Part shown: piece after piece, positions 9,944 through 19,808 of the stretch
Numbering within the stretch: position 1 is the first letter of the stretch
How the letters are laid out: each line of letters begins with the position of its first letter
Assembly (NCBI GenBank): GCA_963847625.1
Contig: CAWKAR010000045.1
Location: 32,001 to 96,000 of the forward strand
Length of the DNA stretch: 64,000 bases
Direction of reading: 5' to 3'
Origin: a candidate division FCPU426 bacterium
GTDB taxonomy: Bacteria; Oederibacteriota; Muellerivitia; Muellerivitales; Muellerivitaceae
Program-made: the position numbers and the translations under genes
The notes under the pieces: generated by a model
Told to the model about the DNA's origin: nothing
Databases searched by the model: none
What the model saw: only the letters and a program-made list of their open reading frames with translations

Positions 9944-11107
9944 TTAGAAGCTTGAAAGTTGACGAATCAAACGCTTTAGGCCTTCCTTGAAAATTTCTTT
10001 TTCGGGTAGCAGACTGACCACCAGGAAAAAACCCGAGGGAAAATCGTAAAAACTCCCCGGTTGGACCAGAACTTTTTGTTTTTCGATTAATTGGATGATG
10101 AAACTTTCCTCGTCTTGGGGGCAATCTTTCAGCCCGACCAGGGCGTACCATCCGCCCTCCGCAGGCCAGACTTGGGCTAATTTTTCCCGGCCGTTTAAGC
10201 AGGTTTCCAAGAGCGCACGATTGCCTTGAACCCTGTCTAAAAGTTGTTTTTGAAACGAGGGAGCGGTTTCTAGGAGCTTCTTGAGGCCCAATTGAACCGG
10301 CGTATTTACCGAAAGATAAGTATCCGCGATAAATTCTAGACGGTCACGGCATTCCTCTAAGAGTTTCTCGGGTCCGTGGAGGCTAATCCAAGAGAGCTTC
10401 AATTGGGGCAATCCCAGGCTTTTCGAAAGGCCGCCCAGCCGGAAGGTGAGAGTGTCGGAATCCAGCGGTTGAAAAGTGAGGACCTTGGCATAAGAGAATT
10501 CGAAAAACACTTCATCTAATAGAAGGGCCATTTGGTGTTTTTGGCATATCTGCGAAAAGAATTGGTACTCTGGGGACTTGAGGTAGCAACCGGTCGGATT
10601 ATTAGGATTGACGAAGGCGATCAAACGACTGTGGGGTTGAACGGAAGCTTCTAGGGACTTCAAATCGACCGGCCAACCCGGTTTTGGAAAGAGGGGGTAG
10701 GGAATGGTCCGGACCCCGTCCATCCGGGTTAAATGGTCCAGAAGTGGATAGCCCGGCGCCGGAACAAGGATGGAATCGCCGGGGTTCGCTAGGAGCTTGA
10801 ATAGATAGGAATAGGCCTCACTCGTGCTGGATGTCAGGATGATATTCTCGGCTGTGACCTTTTCCCCACGAGCCCCCAAGTAAACTGATAAAATTTCCCG
10901 GGCTTTTAAAAGTCCGAAGGGATGGGGATCATAGACCTTCCCGGCGGGATCTTGGAGAACGCTGAGAAGTTCATCCGAGTATTTAAACCCGCAACGGGTG
11001 GGATTGGATTGGGTCAAGTCTAATACGTTGCTGAGGCCGACTTTTTCCAGGATACTTGCGATCCGGTTCTGGGATAAATCCCCAGGTGTTCGGCTTGAAA
11101 AGCGCAT
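9944..11107 (-). CDS. PLP-dependent aminotransferase class I/II
   Basis: NPNNPTG, DEVF and GLSKSLGLPQLKLSW motifs. Confidence 0.9.
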   Translation of the reverse strand: MRFSSRTPGDLSQNRIASILEKVGLSNVLDLTQSNPTRCGFKYSDELLSVLQDPAGKVYDPHPFGLLKAREILSVYLGARGEKVTAENIILTSSTSEAYSYLFKLLANPGDSILVPAPGYPLLDHLTRMDGVRTIPYPLFPKPGWPVDLKSLEASVQPHSRLIAFVNPNNPTGCYLKSPEYQFFSQICQKHQMALLLDEVFFEFSYAKVLTFQPLDSDTLTFRLGGLSKSLGLPQLKLSWISLHGPEKLLEECRDRLEFIADTYLSVNTPVQLGLKKLLETAPSFQKQLLDRVQGNRALLETCLNGREKLAQVWPAEGGWYALVGLKDCPQDEESFIIQLIEKQKVLVQPGSFYDFPSGFFLVVSLLPEKEIFKEGLKRLIRQLSSF

Positions 11108-11259
11108 AAAGTCATCCTGGAATTGAGAAATTGGAAGCCGGATTTGAAAGCCAGATGAGGCGTTCTGGAACTAAGATTGGCCCTGGCCTAATGGCCGCAC
11201 CAACGAAAAAGTTTATGGATAAAAAACGGCTTTTCGGAAAATGAATATGAAGAGTTTCC

Positions 11260-11886
11260 TTATCGCGCCTTTGGATAGATGGAATATGTGCAGTTCAACT
11301 TGACCTTCGCCAGGGTGATCCCCGAAATGGCGGTAATCACATTCCGGGCGGTGAAATTGCCCTCTACCGGACAACGCTTCTCCTTGAGCGCGTACAAGGT
11401 GAATATGTAATGGTGCAACCTCTCGTCGTTCCAAGCCGGTCCCGGCCCGTCGTAACCGAAGTAATTGCCTTCCATGTTTGGATTACCTTTGAACCAGTTG
11501 GTGTAATCATTCAATCCTTGGCGCATTCCCCGCGGGCCCTGGGGCCCGGGTTTGCCCTTGGCCGTCACTTCCTTACTGAATTCCCCCGATTGAATGGGAG
11601 ACCCTTTTGGAGGAATATCCACTAAAACCCAATGAAAAAAATTGACCCGCGGAAAATCAAAAGGAATGGTCTTATCAATCTTGTTTGCGTATTCCTTGCT
11701 GGCGGGGGCGTCAAGGTCCTGAACGATTAATGCCAGGGATTTTGTCTCCGGGGGCAGATCGCCCCAGGCGAGATGTGGATTCCGGTTTTTTGATAGAGCG
11801 GCATGCTGAGTGGGATGAGGTGTGAAAAAAGTAAAATCCGGCCGAATCTGGGAACCTTCACTAAAACTGTCGCTCCATAGTTTCAT
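11260..11886 (-). CDS. YbhB/YbcL family (PEBP/Raf kinase inhibitor-like) protein
   Basis: NPHLAW, DLDAP, FFHWVL, YDGPGP and HHYIFTLYAL motifs. Confidence 0.92.
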   Translation of the reverse strand: MKLWSDSFSEGSQIRPDFTFFTPHPTQHAALSKNRNPHLAWGDLPPETKSLALIVQDLDAPASKEYANKIDKTIPFDFPRVNFFHWVLVDIPPKGSPIQSGEFSKEVTAKGKPGPQGPRGMRQGLNDYTNWFKGNPNMEGNYFGYDGPGPAWNDERLHHYIFTLYALKEKRCPVEGNFTARNVITAISGITLAKVKLNCTYSIYPKAR

Positions 11887-12278
11887 AAGACCTCCATTAT
11901 TTTCACACAGAAATTAATTGTTCGATATTTGTAAAATTCAACTCATAATAAAAGATGTAATAAACAATAGGATAAGATTTTATCATTAAAAGACCTTTCT
12001 TTTTCAATTTGGAATTGAAGAAGAGTTCACCCAATCTGCAAATTTAAGATATTGGCCATTTATACGTGAAAAAGAAGGATTTGGCCCGGAAATTCCTCTT
12101 CGTTTTTGGGATCGAATCATAATTTTAGATAAAGTTTTCATAGGCATTCTTTTCCGGGGTTGTATTTTTAGATAATGATTTGAAGGAATTATTGGATTTT
12201 AAAACGGAGTAAAATGATGGGATTTAGTGCAGGGCAAAATCTTTTAATAAACTGATTATTACTGATTAGAAGGTTTTA

Positions 12279-14210
12279 ATGGTTCAAAAAAAAATATACC
12301 AATTCTTTCTTACTCTTTTTTTGATGGGGACATTCTGGATGTTCTCTACATCGGCATATGGTTTTAACATCCAGAAAAAATCTTTTATGAAAACCATCGC
12401 TGGGCAGCCGACTTTTGCCCCGGGGAAGGTGGTTTTGGAGCTTCCAAAAGGAATGGATTTGGAAAGAGCCGGACAGGAAGTGGAATCGCGTGGATTTATT
12501 GTTACCCGCGCCTCCAAATGGAGCCGGACCCTGGTGGTTTCAGTTCCTGCTGGGGAGGAACTCCGATACGTCGACTATTTCAAAACCGAATTTCATTTTC
12601 GAAGGGTCTTACCGGATTACCTGGGTTTGGCTGATGTAACGAATTACACTCCCTACTCCTATCCCAATGACCCAGCTTACGCTACATATGCTGAAAGTGC
12701 GTCTGGATTAAACGACTGGTATTTGCACCAAGTTGGGATCGACAGGGCCTGGAATGATTCCGATCCTTGGATGGCTACCGCATCAAAAGGCCGGTCCACG
12801 GCCGTTATTGCGGTCATTGACACGGGTATCAATCTCGCTCACGAAGACCTTCCCCTCAATCTTTGGAAAGATCCCATTGGCGGAAATATTGGGGAAAATT
12901 TTGTCGATACTACAGGGGTAACGGATGTTTCGGATACGGACGGCCACGGCACTTGGGTAACGGGAGTCGCTTCGGCTAATACCAATAACAGCCGTGGAGG
13001 CGCCGGTTTTTGCGTCAACTGCACGGTTCTTGTTTTAAAAGCCAGCGACACTGAAAACGCCGGCAGTTATGTTCCTTTTGCCGACGCTATAACTTTTGCG
13101 GTTCAAAACGGGGCGGTGGCCATAAACCTGAGTTGGTCATTTCCGGTCAGTACATTTCAACCCTATACCACAGATGCCTGGAATTCGGGAAGCATCGTGG
13201 TGGCAAGCATGGGAAATACATCAATTAACAACGTTCAAAACACCCCTTTAAGTCCCGCAGCCGACACGTATGCAATAGGGGTTGGGGCCACCGATCCCGA
13301 TAACACTTTGTCACCCTATTCCATTTATGGGTCCTGGGTTGGGATGTGCGCACCGGTGGGTCAGATCATAAATGGCGACGGGGTTTTTACTGATGGTGTC
13401 ACTTGCGGATCCACACCCTGCGGTGATCCCTGCACCAGTTGTTACGTCGTAGCCGATGGTACAAGCTTTTCCTCGATACAGATTTCAGCCATGGTCGCCA
13501 TCTTGGCGGATTTGGGCCTTCCTAATACCGACATCGTCAATCGCTTGTTTAAAACAGCTGATCACCTTGGTCTCCCACCTTATCCAAACACTTTATTTGG
13601 TTGGGGTAACTTGAACGCTTATCGCTGTCTTGCCTCTTGCAGGCCCCCATCAGCACTTCACTCGATTAGTACACCGAACGGAGTGAGTTTGTATTGGTTT
13701 GCGCCCCAAACCACCGCCTTTGCCACAAATTATTATATTGTTCTTCGTTCGTCAACTTCGGGCGGGCCTTATACCCAAATGGGCCAAACGCTCGATGGAA
13801 ACACCACTTATTTTTTCGATTCCAACGCAAGTCCGGGAGTTCATTACTATTATGTCGTTAAGGCTGTTGACAACCAACAGTTGATAACCCTCCCATCCAA
13901 TGAGAGCTATGTCAAAAACACAGAATCGGCCTCTAACTGTGCCGCGATTCTTTATCCCAACCCAATTAAGGGAACCTCACCTGCATGGATCTATTTGCCT
14001 TGCAAACGCACTGGATCCATTCACGTCCAGATTTTCAGCACCGTCTTTCGAAAAGTGAATGATGTTTCACTTGGGCTGGGGAGCTCTGGAAGTTTTGGAC
14101 CGTTGGAACCCAAGGACCAACGAGGTCAACCCTTGGCCAACGGACTGTATTACCTGGTTATTTCGGGGGATGGGAATCGAGTAATCCGGAAATGGATAGT
14201 CCTTAAATAA
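12279..14210 (+). CDS. Secreted S8 (subtilisin-like) serine peptidase with FN3-like domain and T9SS-like C-terminal domain
   Basis: Signal peptide; catalytic triad VIDTG / HGTWV / GTSFS; FN3-like segment (Y..YYVVKAVD); YPNP...LANGLYY...KWIVLK tail. Confidence 0.88.
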   Translation: MVQKKIYQFFLTLFLMGTFWMFSTSAYGFNIQKKSFMKTIAGQPTFAPGKVVLELPKGMDLERAGQEVESRGFIVTRASKWSRTLVVSVPAGEELRYVDYFKTEFHFRRVLPDYLGLADVTNYTPYSYPNDPAYATYAESASGLNDWYLHQVGIDRAWNDSDPWMATASKGRSTAVIAVIDTGINLAHEDLPLNLWKDPIGGNIGENFVDTTGVTDVSDTDGHGTWVTGVASANTNNSRGGAGFCVNCTVLVLKASDTENAGSYVPFADAITFAVQNGAVAINLSWSFPVSTFQPYTTDAWNSGSIVVASMGNTSINNVQNTPLSPAADTYAIGVGATDPDNTLSPYSIYGSWVGMCAPVGQIINGDGVFTDGVTCGSTPCGDPCTSCYVVADGTSFSSIQISAMVAILADLGLPNTDIVNRLFKTADHLGLPPYPNTLFGWGNLNAYRCLASCRPPSALHSISTPNGVSLYWFAPQTTAFATNYYIVLRSSTSGGPYTQMGQTLDGNTTYFFDSNASPGVHYYYVVKAVDNQQLITLPSNESYVKNTESASNCAAILYPNPIKGTSPAWIYLPCKRTGSIHVQIFSTVFRKVNDVSLGLGSSGSFGPLEPKDQRGQPLANGLYYLVISGDGNRVIRKWIVLK

Positions 14211-14355
14211 TCCTGATGGGTTCAGAAATAATCGAAGTTGAATGACACGAGGGTATTTGAAACTGAATTAATTAAAGGTTTCGGTTTAAACCTTCTAACT
14301 CACTATGGCTCGTTTTGGATTGACAAGAAACCGGTTGGGAGAAGCGAACAAAATT

Positions 14356-14580
14356 TTAAATTTCCTCAAAAAGTTTGTTAATAGCGCAGCCCAAAGCCTT
14401 GTGAATCTTGACAACATTTTTGAGAGTAATGCTTCTTTCACCGCGTTCCACGAAACCGATGAAATTGGCCGCCAAACCCGACTGGTTGCCCAATTTTTCC
14501 TGGGTCCAGCCGTGTTTTTTACGGATTTTTCGAACATTCTCCCCAAATTTAAAAATGATTTTTTGATCTGATTTTTTCAT
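14356..14580 (-). CDS. XRE/HTH_3 transcriptional regulator (controller-protein-like)
   Basis: FGENVRKIR..GWTQEKL....GL....IG.VERGERSITL.NVVKI..AL pattern. Confidence 0.85.
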   Translation of the reverse strand: MKKSDQKIIFKFGENVRKIRKKHGWTQEKLGNQSGLAANFIGFVERGERSITLKNVVKIHKALGCAINKLFEEI

Positions 14581-14616
14581 GACTTCATATTAAGAACATT
14601 AGAAGTCGTTTTTCAA
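14581..14616 (-). promoter_or_regulatory. Putative leaderless sigma70 promoter with GACTTC/GAAGTC inverted-repeat operator
   Basis: Minus strand reads TTGAAA-N18-TAATAT-N6-ATG; GACTTC (14581-86) and GAAGTC (14602-07) form an inverted repeat. Confidence 0.5.
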
Positions 14617-15138
14617 CCATCCAGGAGTAGTTTTTTTGCCTAATTTCTATTGAAGGTTGAAGGATTTAACCCCGGTTTCACTTGTGGGTTTGGGGAGGAA
14701 TATACAGGACTGGAACTGCAATTTTGAAACTCATGGGGTTATATTGAAAAGATCCTTATCTGATGATTGAAGTTGGCTTATTTATACAAATCAAACAGCT
14801 AAGTGAAGAAACTGGCAGGGTGTCAGGATTAATCCCGGAATGGTATCCTTTCGTAACACATCTACAGGGGATTGGAATTCCAAGCCGGGATTGGTGTTTC
14901 TTGGTGTTAATCTAACCGTATGACATCCCGATCGTTGGTTAAGAGAATCGTTTGACCCCAAATGCATCTCTCTATGTTAGAAATAATCATTTTTACGTTT
15001 TTGTTTTCACTTGAGGTCATCCGCCTTTCGAACCTCAGCCTGTAGTGTTTTTAAGCGTTAAAACAAGATGCTGCTTGATAGGTAAGCTTATCAGGTGCAA
15101 GATATCTTATCGTTCCGATTTCTTTTGCGGATCGGGAG

Positions 15139-15429
15139 ATGAAGGAGTTTGGCCATATGAAATCCGTTAGATATCCAGAGACGATTTTTTGTGAGGAATG
15201 CAACGGGCATACTCGAATGGTGGACTGCCGGGTTTTGCACCGTAAATCCAAAGGCAAAACACAGATCGAGTTTGATTGTGTTTGCGTGGATTGTGGCCAC
15301 CGGGAATCGGCTGCCAGGGATGCTGAGTTTCTCCATTTCAGCGAAAGGGAATTTTGCGTCGCCAAAGGGCTACCTGACTTTAAGAATAGGGCCAAGGGCG
15401 CCGGAGTGGTTTTCGTTCTTCAAAAATAG
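15139..15429 (+). CDS. Small hypothetical protein with putative Zn-ribbon
   Basis: CEEC and CVDC motifs about 30 aa apart; start uncertain (15139 or 15157). Confidence 0.45.
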   Translation: MKEFGHMKSVRYPETIFCEECNGHTRMVDCRVLHRKSKGKTQIEFDCVCVDCGHRESAARDAEFLHFSEREFCVAKGLPDFKNRAKGAGVVFVLQK

Positions 15430-15611
15430 TTTTCTCCATTCTGATTTAAAATCGCCCCCCCTGTTTTGCACATAGCGGATTGCTCAGCTCTACTTAAATT
15501 CGCTTATTTGCCTCGTTAATTTCGCATTTCTGACAAGCGAGGAGAACGTGGTGGAGTGGTTAGTTTAAGCAGCGGAGCCGGTGAACCCACATTGACATTC
15601 CGGGATAAGTC

Positions 15612-16352
15612 ATGAATTCATACGGGGAAGCTTTCGCGGCTTTTTATGACGACCAATTCGGGGATTACGCCGAAAAAGTAGCCCCGCTCCTTTTGCATTT
15701 TTTCTCCAGCCAACCTCTCTCCGAAACCAGCTCCAGAGTTCTGGATCTGGGTTGCGGCACCGGGAGGGTTGCCCTTCATTTCTTGGAGGCCGGATATTCT
15801 TTCACCGGCCTGGATCTTTCCCCTGATATGCTGGCCCTGGCACGGATCCGTTGTTCGCACCTGGTGGCCGGCCGAAACGCCGCTTTCGTCCAGGGCGATT
15901 TTTCCGAATTCGACCTAGAGGACAATTTCGGCCTCGTCGTTTCAACTTTCAACGCGATCAATCACCTGGAAAGCAGGGCGAATCTCCTGGGGTGTTTCCA
16001 GTCGGTCAGGCGGTGCCTGGCCGGGGGTGGGTGGTTCCTTTTCGATTACCACACGAAAAAAGGTCTCCGGGAATGGACGTCTTCCGAATCATTCCGCTTT
16101 GAAAGGGGCGAGGTGAAAACAGTCGGCTCCTTCGACGAGGAAAAAGGTTTGGCTGTATTGAAACTTCATGGATCCTACGGCGACTTCTCGTTCGATGAAA
16201 CTATCCGGAACGTAACGTTCCCATTGCCCGATTTGGAAGGCCTTCTGAAAAAGGAAGGCTTTGGCAAGATAATTTATTCCCGGATGGATGACCTGGGTTA
16301 CCCTGTAAGCGACCCAGAAAACGAATTCCGCGTGGTGGTGATGGCCTCCTAA
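15612..16352 (+). CDS. Class I SAM-dependent methyltransferase
   Basis: VLDLGCGTG, GLDLSPDML and L..GGWFLFD motifs. Confidence 0.9.
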   Translation: MNSYGEAFAAFYDDQFGDYAEKVAPLLLHFFSSQPLSETSSRVLDLGCGTGRVALHFLEAGYSFTGLDLSPDMLALARIRCSHLVAGRNAAFVQGDFSEFDLEDNFGLVVSTFNAINHLESRANLLGCFQSVRRCLAGGGWFLFDYHTKKGLREWTSSESFRFERGEVKTVGSFDEEKGLAVLKLHGSYGDFSFDETIRNVTFPLPDLEGLLKKEGFGKIIYSRMDDLGYPVSDPENEFRVVVMAS

Positions 16353-16449
16353 AGTCGGTTACTTCCTTTTGCGATAGTGGATTTTTTTATATTATTATCA
16401 TTATCGCCTAGAATGATGCTTCTTCAAAATCCCGCAAAAGGAAAAAGAC

Positions 16450-17385
16450 ATTTACCTGGGGAACCAAAATTTCACAAAGCCGCTGACGGGTTTAACCGGG
16501 AATATCCAAATCCTGATCCGCGCTGTTCGGTCCGCTTTCAAACTGTACGCCGGCCGGCCTAAGGCGTACAAGCGGCTTTTCGCAAGCTCCCTCGCTTTCA
16601 AAACTGTTCTCGCCCTGGTTCCGGTCCTCGCCATCCTCATGGCGGTTCTTGCAGGGGAAGCTTTTTCCGAGAAAAGGGAAGCCATCCTGGACCGGATTGT
16701 GGACGTCATCTATCCCGTTGAAAGCCTCGACAACGACCCGACTTTGGACCCCACTGAAAAACAAAACCTCAAGGAAATGAATCAGGGGGGAAAACGGCAA
16801 ATCCGGCGTTCCATGCAGAAATTCGCTGAACATTCGAAAAAGGTCGGGTGGACGGGTTTGATGGCCTTCGCCGTGGTGGTGTTTCTATTATTAAAAGACG
16901 TGGAAAGTTCCTTCAACTTCCTTTGGGGCGTGAACCGGGGAAGGCCCCTTCCTTCCCAGCTCCTGAGGCATACCCTTTTATTTCTGCTCACGCCGCTGAC
17001 GTTGATCCTTGCTTTGAAAATGAAGGATTGGATCCATGGTTGGGGGATTGTAAAACCATTCTGGAATGGCTGGTTCCTTTCGGCCGCGGTACCCTTCTTT
17101 TTCCTCTGGGCCGGATGTGCGGCCATGTATGCTTGGATTCCCAACGCCAAGGTCGGCCGTAAGGCGGCCCTTTCCGCGGGATTTCTGACAGCATTTCTCC
17201 TGGAAGCGGGCCGCCGCGGGATGAACTACTACACTATTCACGTAGTGGAGCATTCCAAGGTTTACGGGGCCCTTTGGACCTTTCCGGTGATTCTAATTTG
17301 GCTGTATGTTTCCTGGACCCTGATCCTATTCGGCGCGGAAGTGGCTTTTTACATCCAACATCCACCTTCGGCGGGGAATCGATAG
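16450..17385 (+). CDS. YihY/BrkB (UPF0761) family membrane protein; start uncertain
   Basis: YGAL...PVILIWLYVSW.LILFGAE motif. The in-frame region upstream of ATG 16639 contains the family motif ASSLAFKTVLALVP. Confidence 0.8.
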   Translation: MYLGNQNFTKPLTGLTGNIQILIRAVRSAFKLYAGRPKAYKRLFASSLAFKTVLALVPVLAILMAVLAGEAFSEKREAILDRIVDVIYPVESLDNDPTLDPTEKQNLKEMNQGGKRQIRRSMQKFAEHSKKVGWTGLMAFAVVVFLLLKDVESSFNFLWGVNRGRPLPSQLLRHTLLFLLTPLTLILALKMKDWIHGWGIVKPFWNGWFLSAAVPFFFLWAGCAAMYAWIPNAKVGRKAALSAGFLTAFLLEAGRRGMNYYTIHVVEHSKVYGALWTFPVILIWLYVSWTLILFGAEVAFYIQHPPSAGNR

Positions 17386-17422
17386 ATACTCAGACCCTCT
17401 TGCTTATCAACGGGGTGAACAT

Positions 17423-18325
17423 TTGCGGAAAATTCAAGCTCTTACCATGATGATGGCTTGCTTTTTGGGGCTTCTGACAACCCGATCAACCGGGACTGAG
17501 GATCGTTACCTTGTTTCTTGCACTCTGAATGTTTCAGCCGGCAATTCCATCAGCCTCTATTTGAACGGGCATTTGGTAGACCGTGTTTCTTATACAAATG
17601 TCCGGACAGGACCGCAAAAAATCATCGGCCGCCCCTCCAGCCTTTGTTATTTTCAGGCTGAAAATATTTTCGCGTTCGAACTGGATGGCTCCAACCATAT
17701 AACAACCCTTTCGTACGGATATACTGGGTTCGCTTATTCCGTGGACTTGGAATTCTCGGACGGCAGCCATCGGATCATTACTAGCAACGAGACGAATCAA
17801 CACCTGAGCTTATACCTGGCGGATCGTTTGGTGGGAAATCCCAGGGGCTGGGAGAACCTGGATTTCGACGAGACCGGTTGGCAGGTTCCCTATTCGGCGG
17901 CTTCCATTCCGGGTTTGCCGGAAGTTTGGAATCCGCAAACGGGTATTCCCGTAGGTTACCTATCCGCCTCCAAGACCGTTCCTTTACAGGGGTTGAGCGG
18001 GGAACGCCACCTTTTCCGCCGGAAGTTTTCCCTGGAAATGGCTCCCGCGCCGCAGTGCCGGGAACCCAAGCCGGTGGCCAATCTTTACATTTCATGCGAG
18101 GAGGGGCCTGGAGTTTACCAGGTCGAGATCCTGGATAACGACGGAAGGCACGTCAAGACGGCTTTTCAAAAGAAGGTGTTCGGTAAAATAAGTACCTGGG
18201 TTCCCTGGGACGGTAAAGATGAAAAAGGAACAGCGGTACCTTCCGGAACCTATCAAGCGGTTTACACCAAGGATGGCTCCCCCTTGAGAGCCACCACCTT
18301 TTCAACCGATATGGGAAATCAGTGA
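17423..18325 (+). CDS. Secreted hypothetical protein with C-terminal FlgD-Ig-like domain
   Basis: Signal peptide; GWENLDFDETGW sugar-binding-like motif; GRHVKT...WDGKDEKGTAVPSGTY tail. Confidence 0.6.
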   Translation: MRKIQALTMMMACFLGLLTTRSTGTEDRYLVSCTLNVSAGNSISLYLNGHLVDRVSYTNVRTGPQKIIGRPSSLCYFQAENIFAFELDGSNHITTLSYGYTGFAYSVDLEFSDGSHRIITSNETNQHLSLYLADRLVGNPRGWENLDFDETGWQVPYSAASIPGLPEVWNPQTGIPVGYLSASKTVPLQGLSGERHLFRRKFSLEMAPAPQCREPKPVANLYISCEEGPGVYQVEILDNDGRHVKTAFQKKVFGKISTWVPWDGKDEKGTAVPSGTYQAVYTKDGSPLRATTFSTDMGNQ

Positions 18326-18351
18326 AGGGTGTGCTTATAATTAAAAGTTAT

Positions 18352-19673
18352 CACTAGTGTCCGGTTAACGATCTTCCAAAAACTCTAAAAGCCTTTGCCT
18401 GTAATCTGTTCCATGCCTAAACGACCTTTTTCGATTTGAACTGAATCGTCCTGCCTCACCATCCTTTCATCCAAGAAAGGGTGGTTCCTTATGAATGCCG
18501 GACGTACTGTTTTTGCTCAGTTGATGGACTTCTTTCCCCGCCATGAGTTTCAGAAATGCGTTGATCGCTACCACGGCAACCGTAGGATCCGCAGCTTCTC
18601 CTGTCTCGATCAATTCCTCTGCATGGTTTTCGCCCAGCTTACCTACCGGGAAGGTCTCCGCGACATTGAAGCCTGTCTGGGTTCCTTCAAAAACAAACTT
18701 TACCACGTAGGTATCCGTGGACGGGTCGCCAGGGCTACACTGGCTGACGCCAACCAAAAGCGAGATTGGCGTATCTACGCCGACTTCGCCCAAGTCCTGA
18801 TCAAAACCGCCCAATCCCTTTACACCAATGACGATTTTAGCGTGGACTTGAACCAAGCCGCCTATGCCTTGGACTCCACCATCATCGACCTATGCCTATC
18901 GCTCTTTCCTTGGGCGCGCTTTCGGTCCACGAAATCAGGCGTCAAACTACACACCCTTCTCAACCTCAGAAGCAACATTCCCGCTTTTGCCTGTGTTTCC
19001 AACGCTTCCGTGCATGACGTACATTTGCTGGACATCCTACCCTTGGAACCAGGCTCCTTCTACATGCTCGACCGTGGCTACACGGATTTCAGCAGATTGA
19101 ACCGCCTCATCGAAAACCTTTCCTTCTTTGTCATACGTGCCAAGTCCAATTTTAACTTCTATCGGCGATATTCCGCCCCTGTGAATTTATCTCTGGGCCT
19201 TCGGTTCGACCAGACTGTCGTCTTGGCCGATCCGAATAAGTTCAAGGAATATCCTCATCCCCTACGCCGCATCGGCTTCGTTGACCCCATCACCCGTAAG
19301 CGCTTGGTTTTTCTTACCAATAACTTCGTCTTACCAGCTTTGACCATCTGTCAACTCTACAAATCTAGATGGCAAGTCGAACTCTTCTTCAAGTGGATCA
19401 AACAGCATCTTCGCATCAAAGCTTTCTTTGGCACATCATCCAATGCCGTCAAAACCCAAATTTGGATCGCTATTTGCGTGTATGTCTTAGTCGCCATCGT
19501 CAAGAAAAAACTCGGCCTTCAATTAAGCCTTTACACAATCCTACAGATTTTGAGCGTCACCCTTTTTGAGAAAACCCCTATACTACAAGCGTTTTCAGAC
19601 GACGCCTGCATTTCAGAAAACACCAACACTGAAAACCAATTGTCTTTACTGCGTTTTTAACCGGACACTTGTG
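18352..19673 (+). mobile_element. IS4-family insertion sequence, intact
   Basis: 17-bp terminal IRs CACTAGTGTCCGGTTAA / TTAACCGGACACTTGTG (1 mismatch); 9-bp direct repeat AAAAGTTAT at 18343-18351 and 19674-19682. Confidence 0.93.
18491..19660 (+). CDS. IS4-family transposase (DUF4372 + DDE)
   Basis: LDSTIIDL, DRGY and YKSRWQVELFFKWIKQHL (YREK) motifs. Confidence 0.95.
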   Translation: MNAGRTVFAQLMDFFPRHEFQKCVDRYHGNRRIRSFSCLDQFLCMVFAQLTYREGLRDIEACLGSFKNKLYHVGIRGRVARATLADANQKRDWRIYADFAQVLIKTAQSLYTNDDFSVDLNQAAYALDSTIIDLCLSLFPWARFRSTKSGVKLHTLLNLRSNIPAFACVSNASVHDVHLLDILPLEPGSFYMLDRGYTDFSRLNRLIENLSFFVIRAKSNFNFYRRYSAPVNLSLGLRFDQTVVLADPNKFKEYPHPLRRIGFVDPITRKRLVFLTNNFVLPALTICQLYKSRWQVELFFKWIKQHLRIKAFFGTSSNAVKTQIWIAICVYVLVAIVKKKLGLQLSLYTILQILSVTLFEKTPILQAFSDDACISENTNTENQLSLLRF

Positions 19674-19808
19674 AAAAGTTATATGAATCCCCTGAGCCCA
19701 ATCCGTTCATTCCAAATATAAAGGAATGTCCTGATGGTTTAAAAGGAGACGAGTTTTCATCGTGTTTTTAAAAATTGGGAGGGGTAATCCCAAAATTGCG
19801 GGAACGAC

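Noticed and set aside
18467..18856. 129-aa minus-strand ORF in the IS4 element
   Set aside because: Antisense to the transposase; no independent support.
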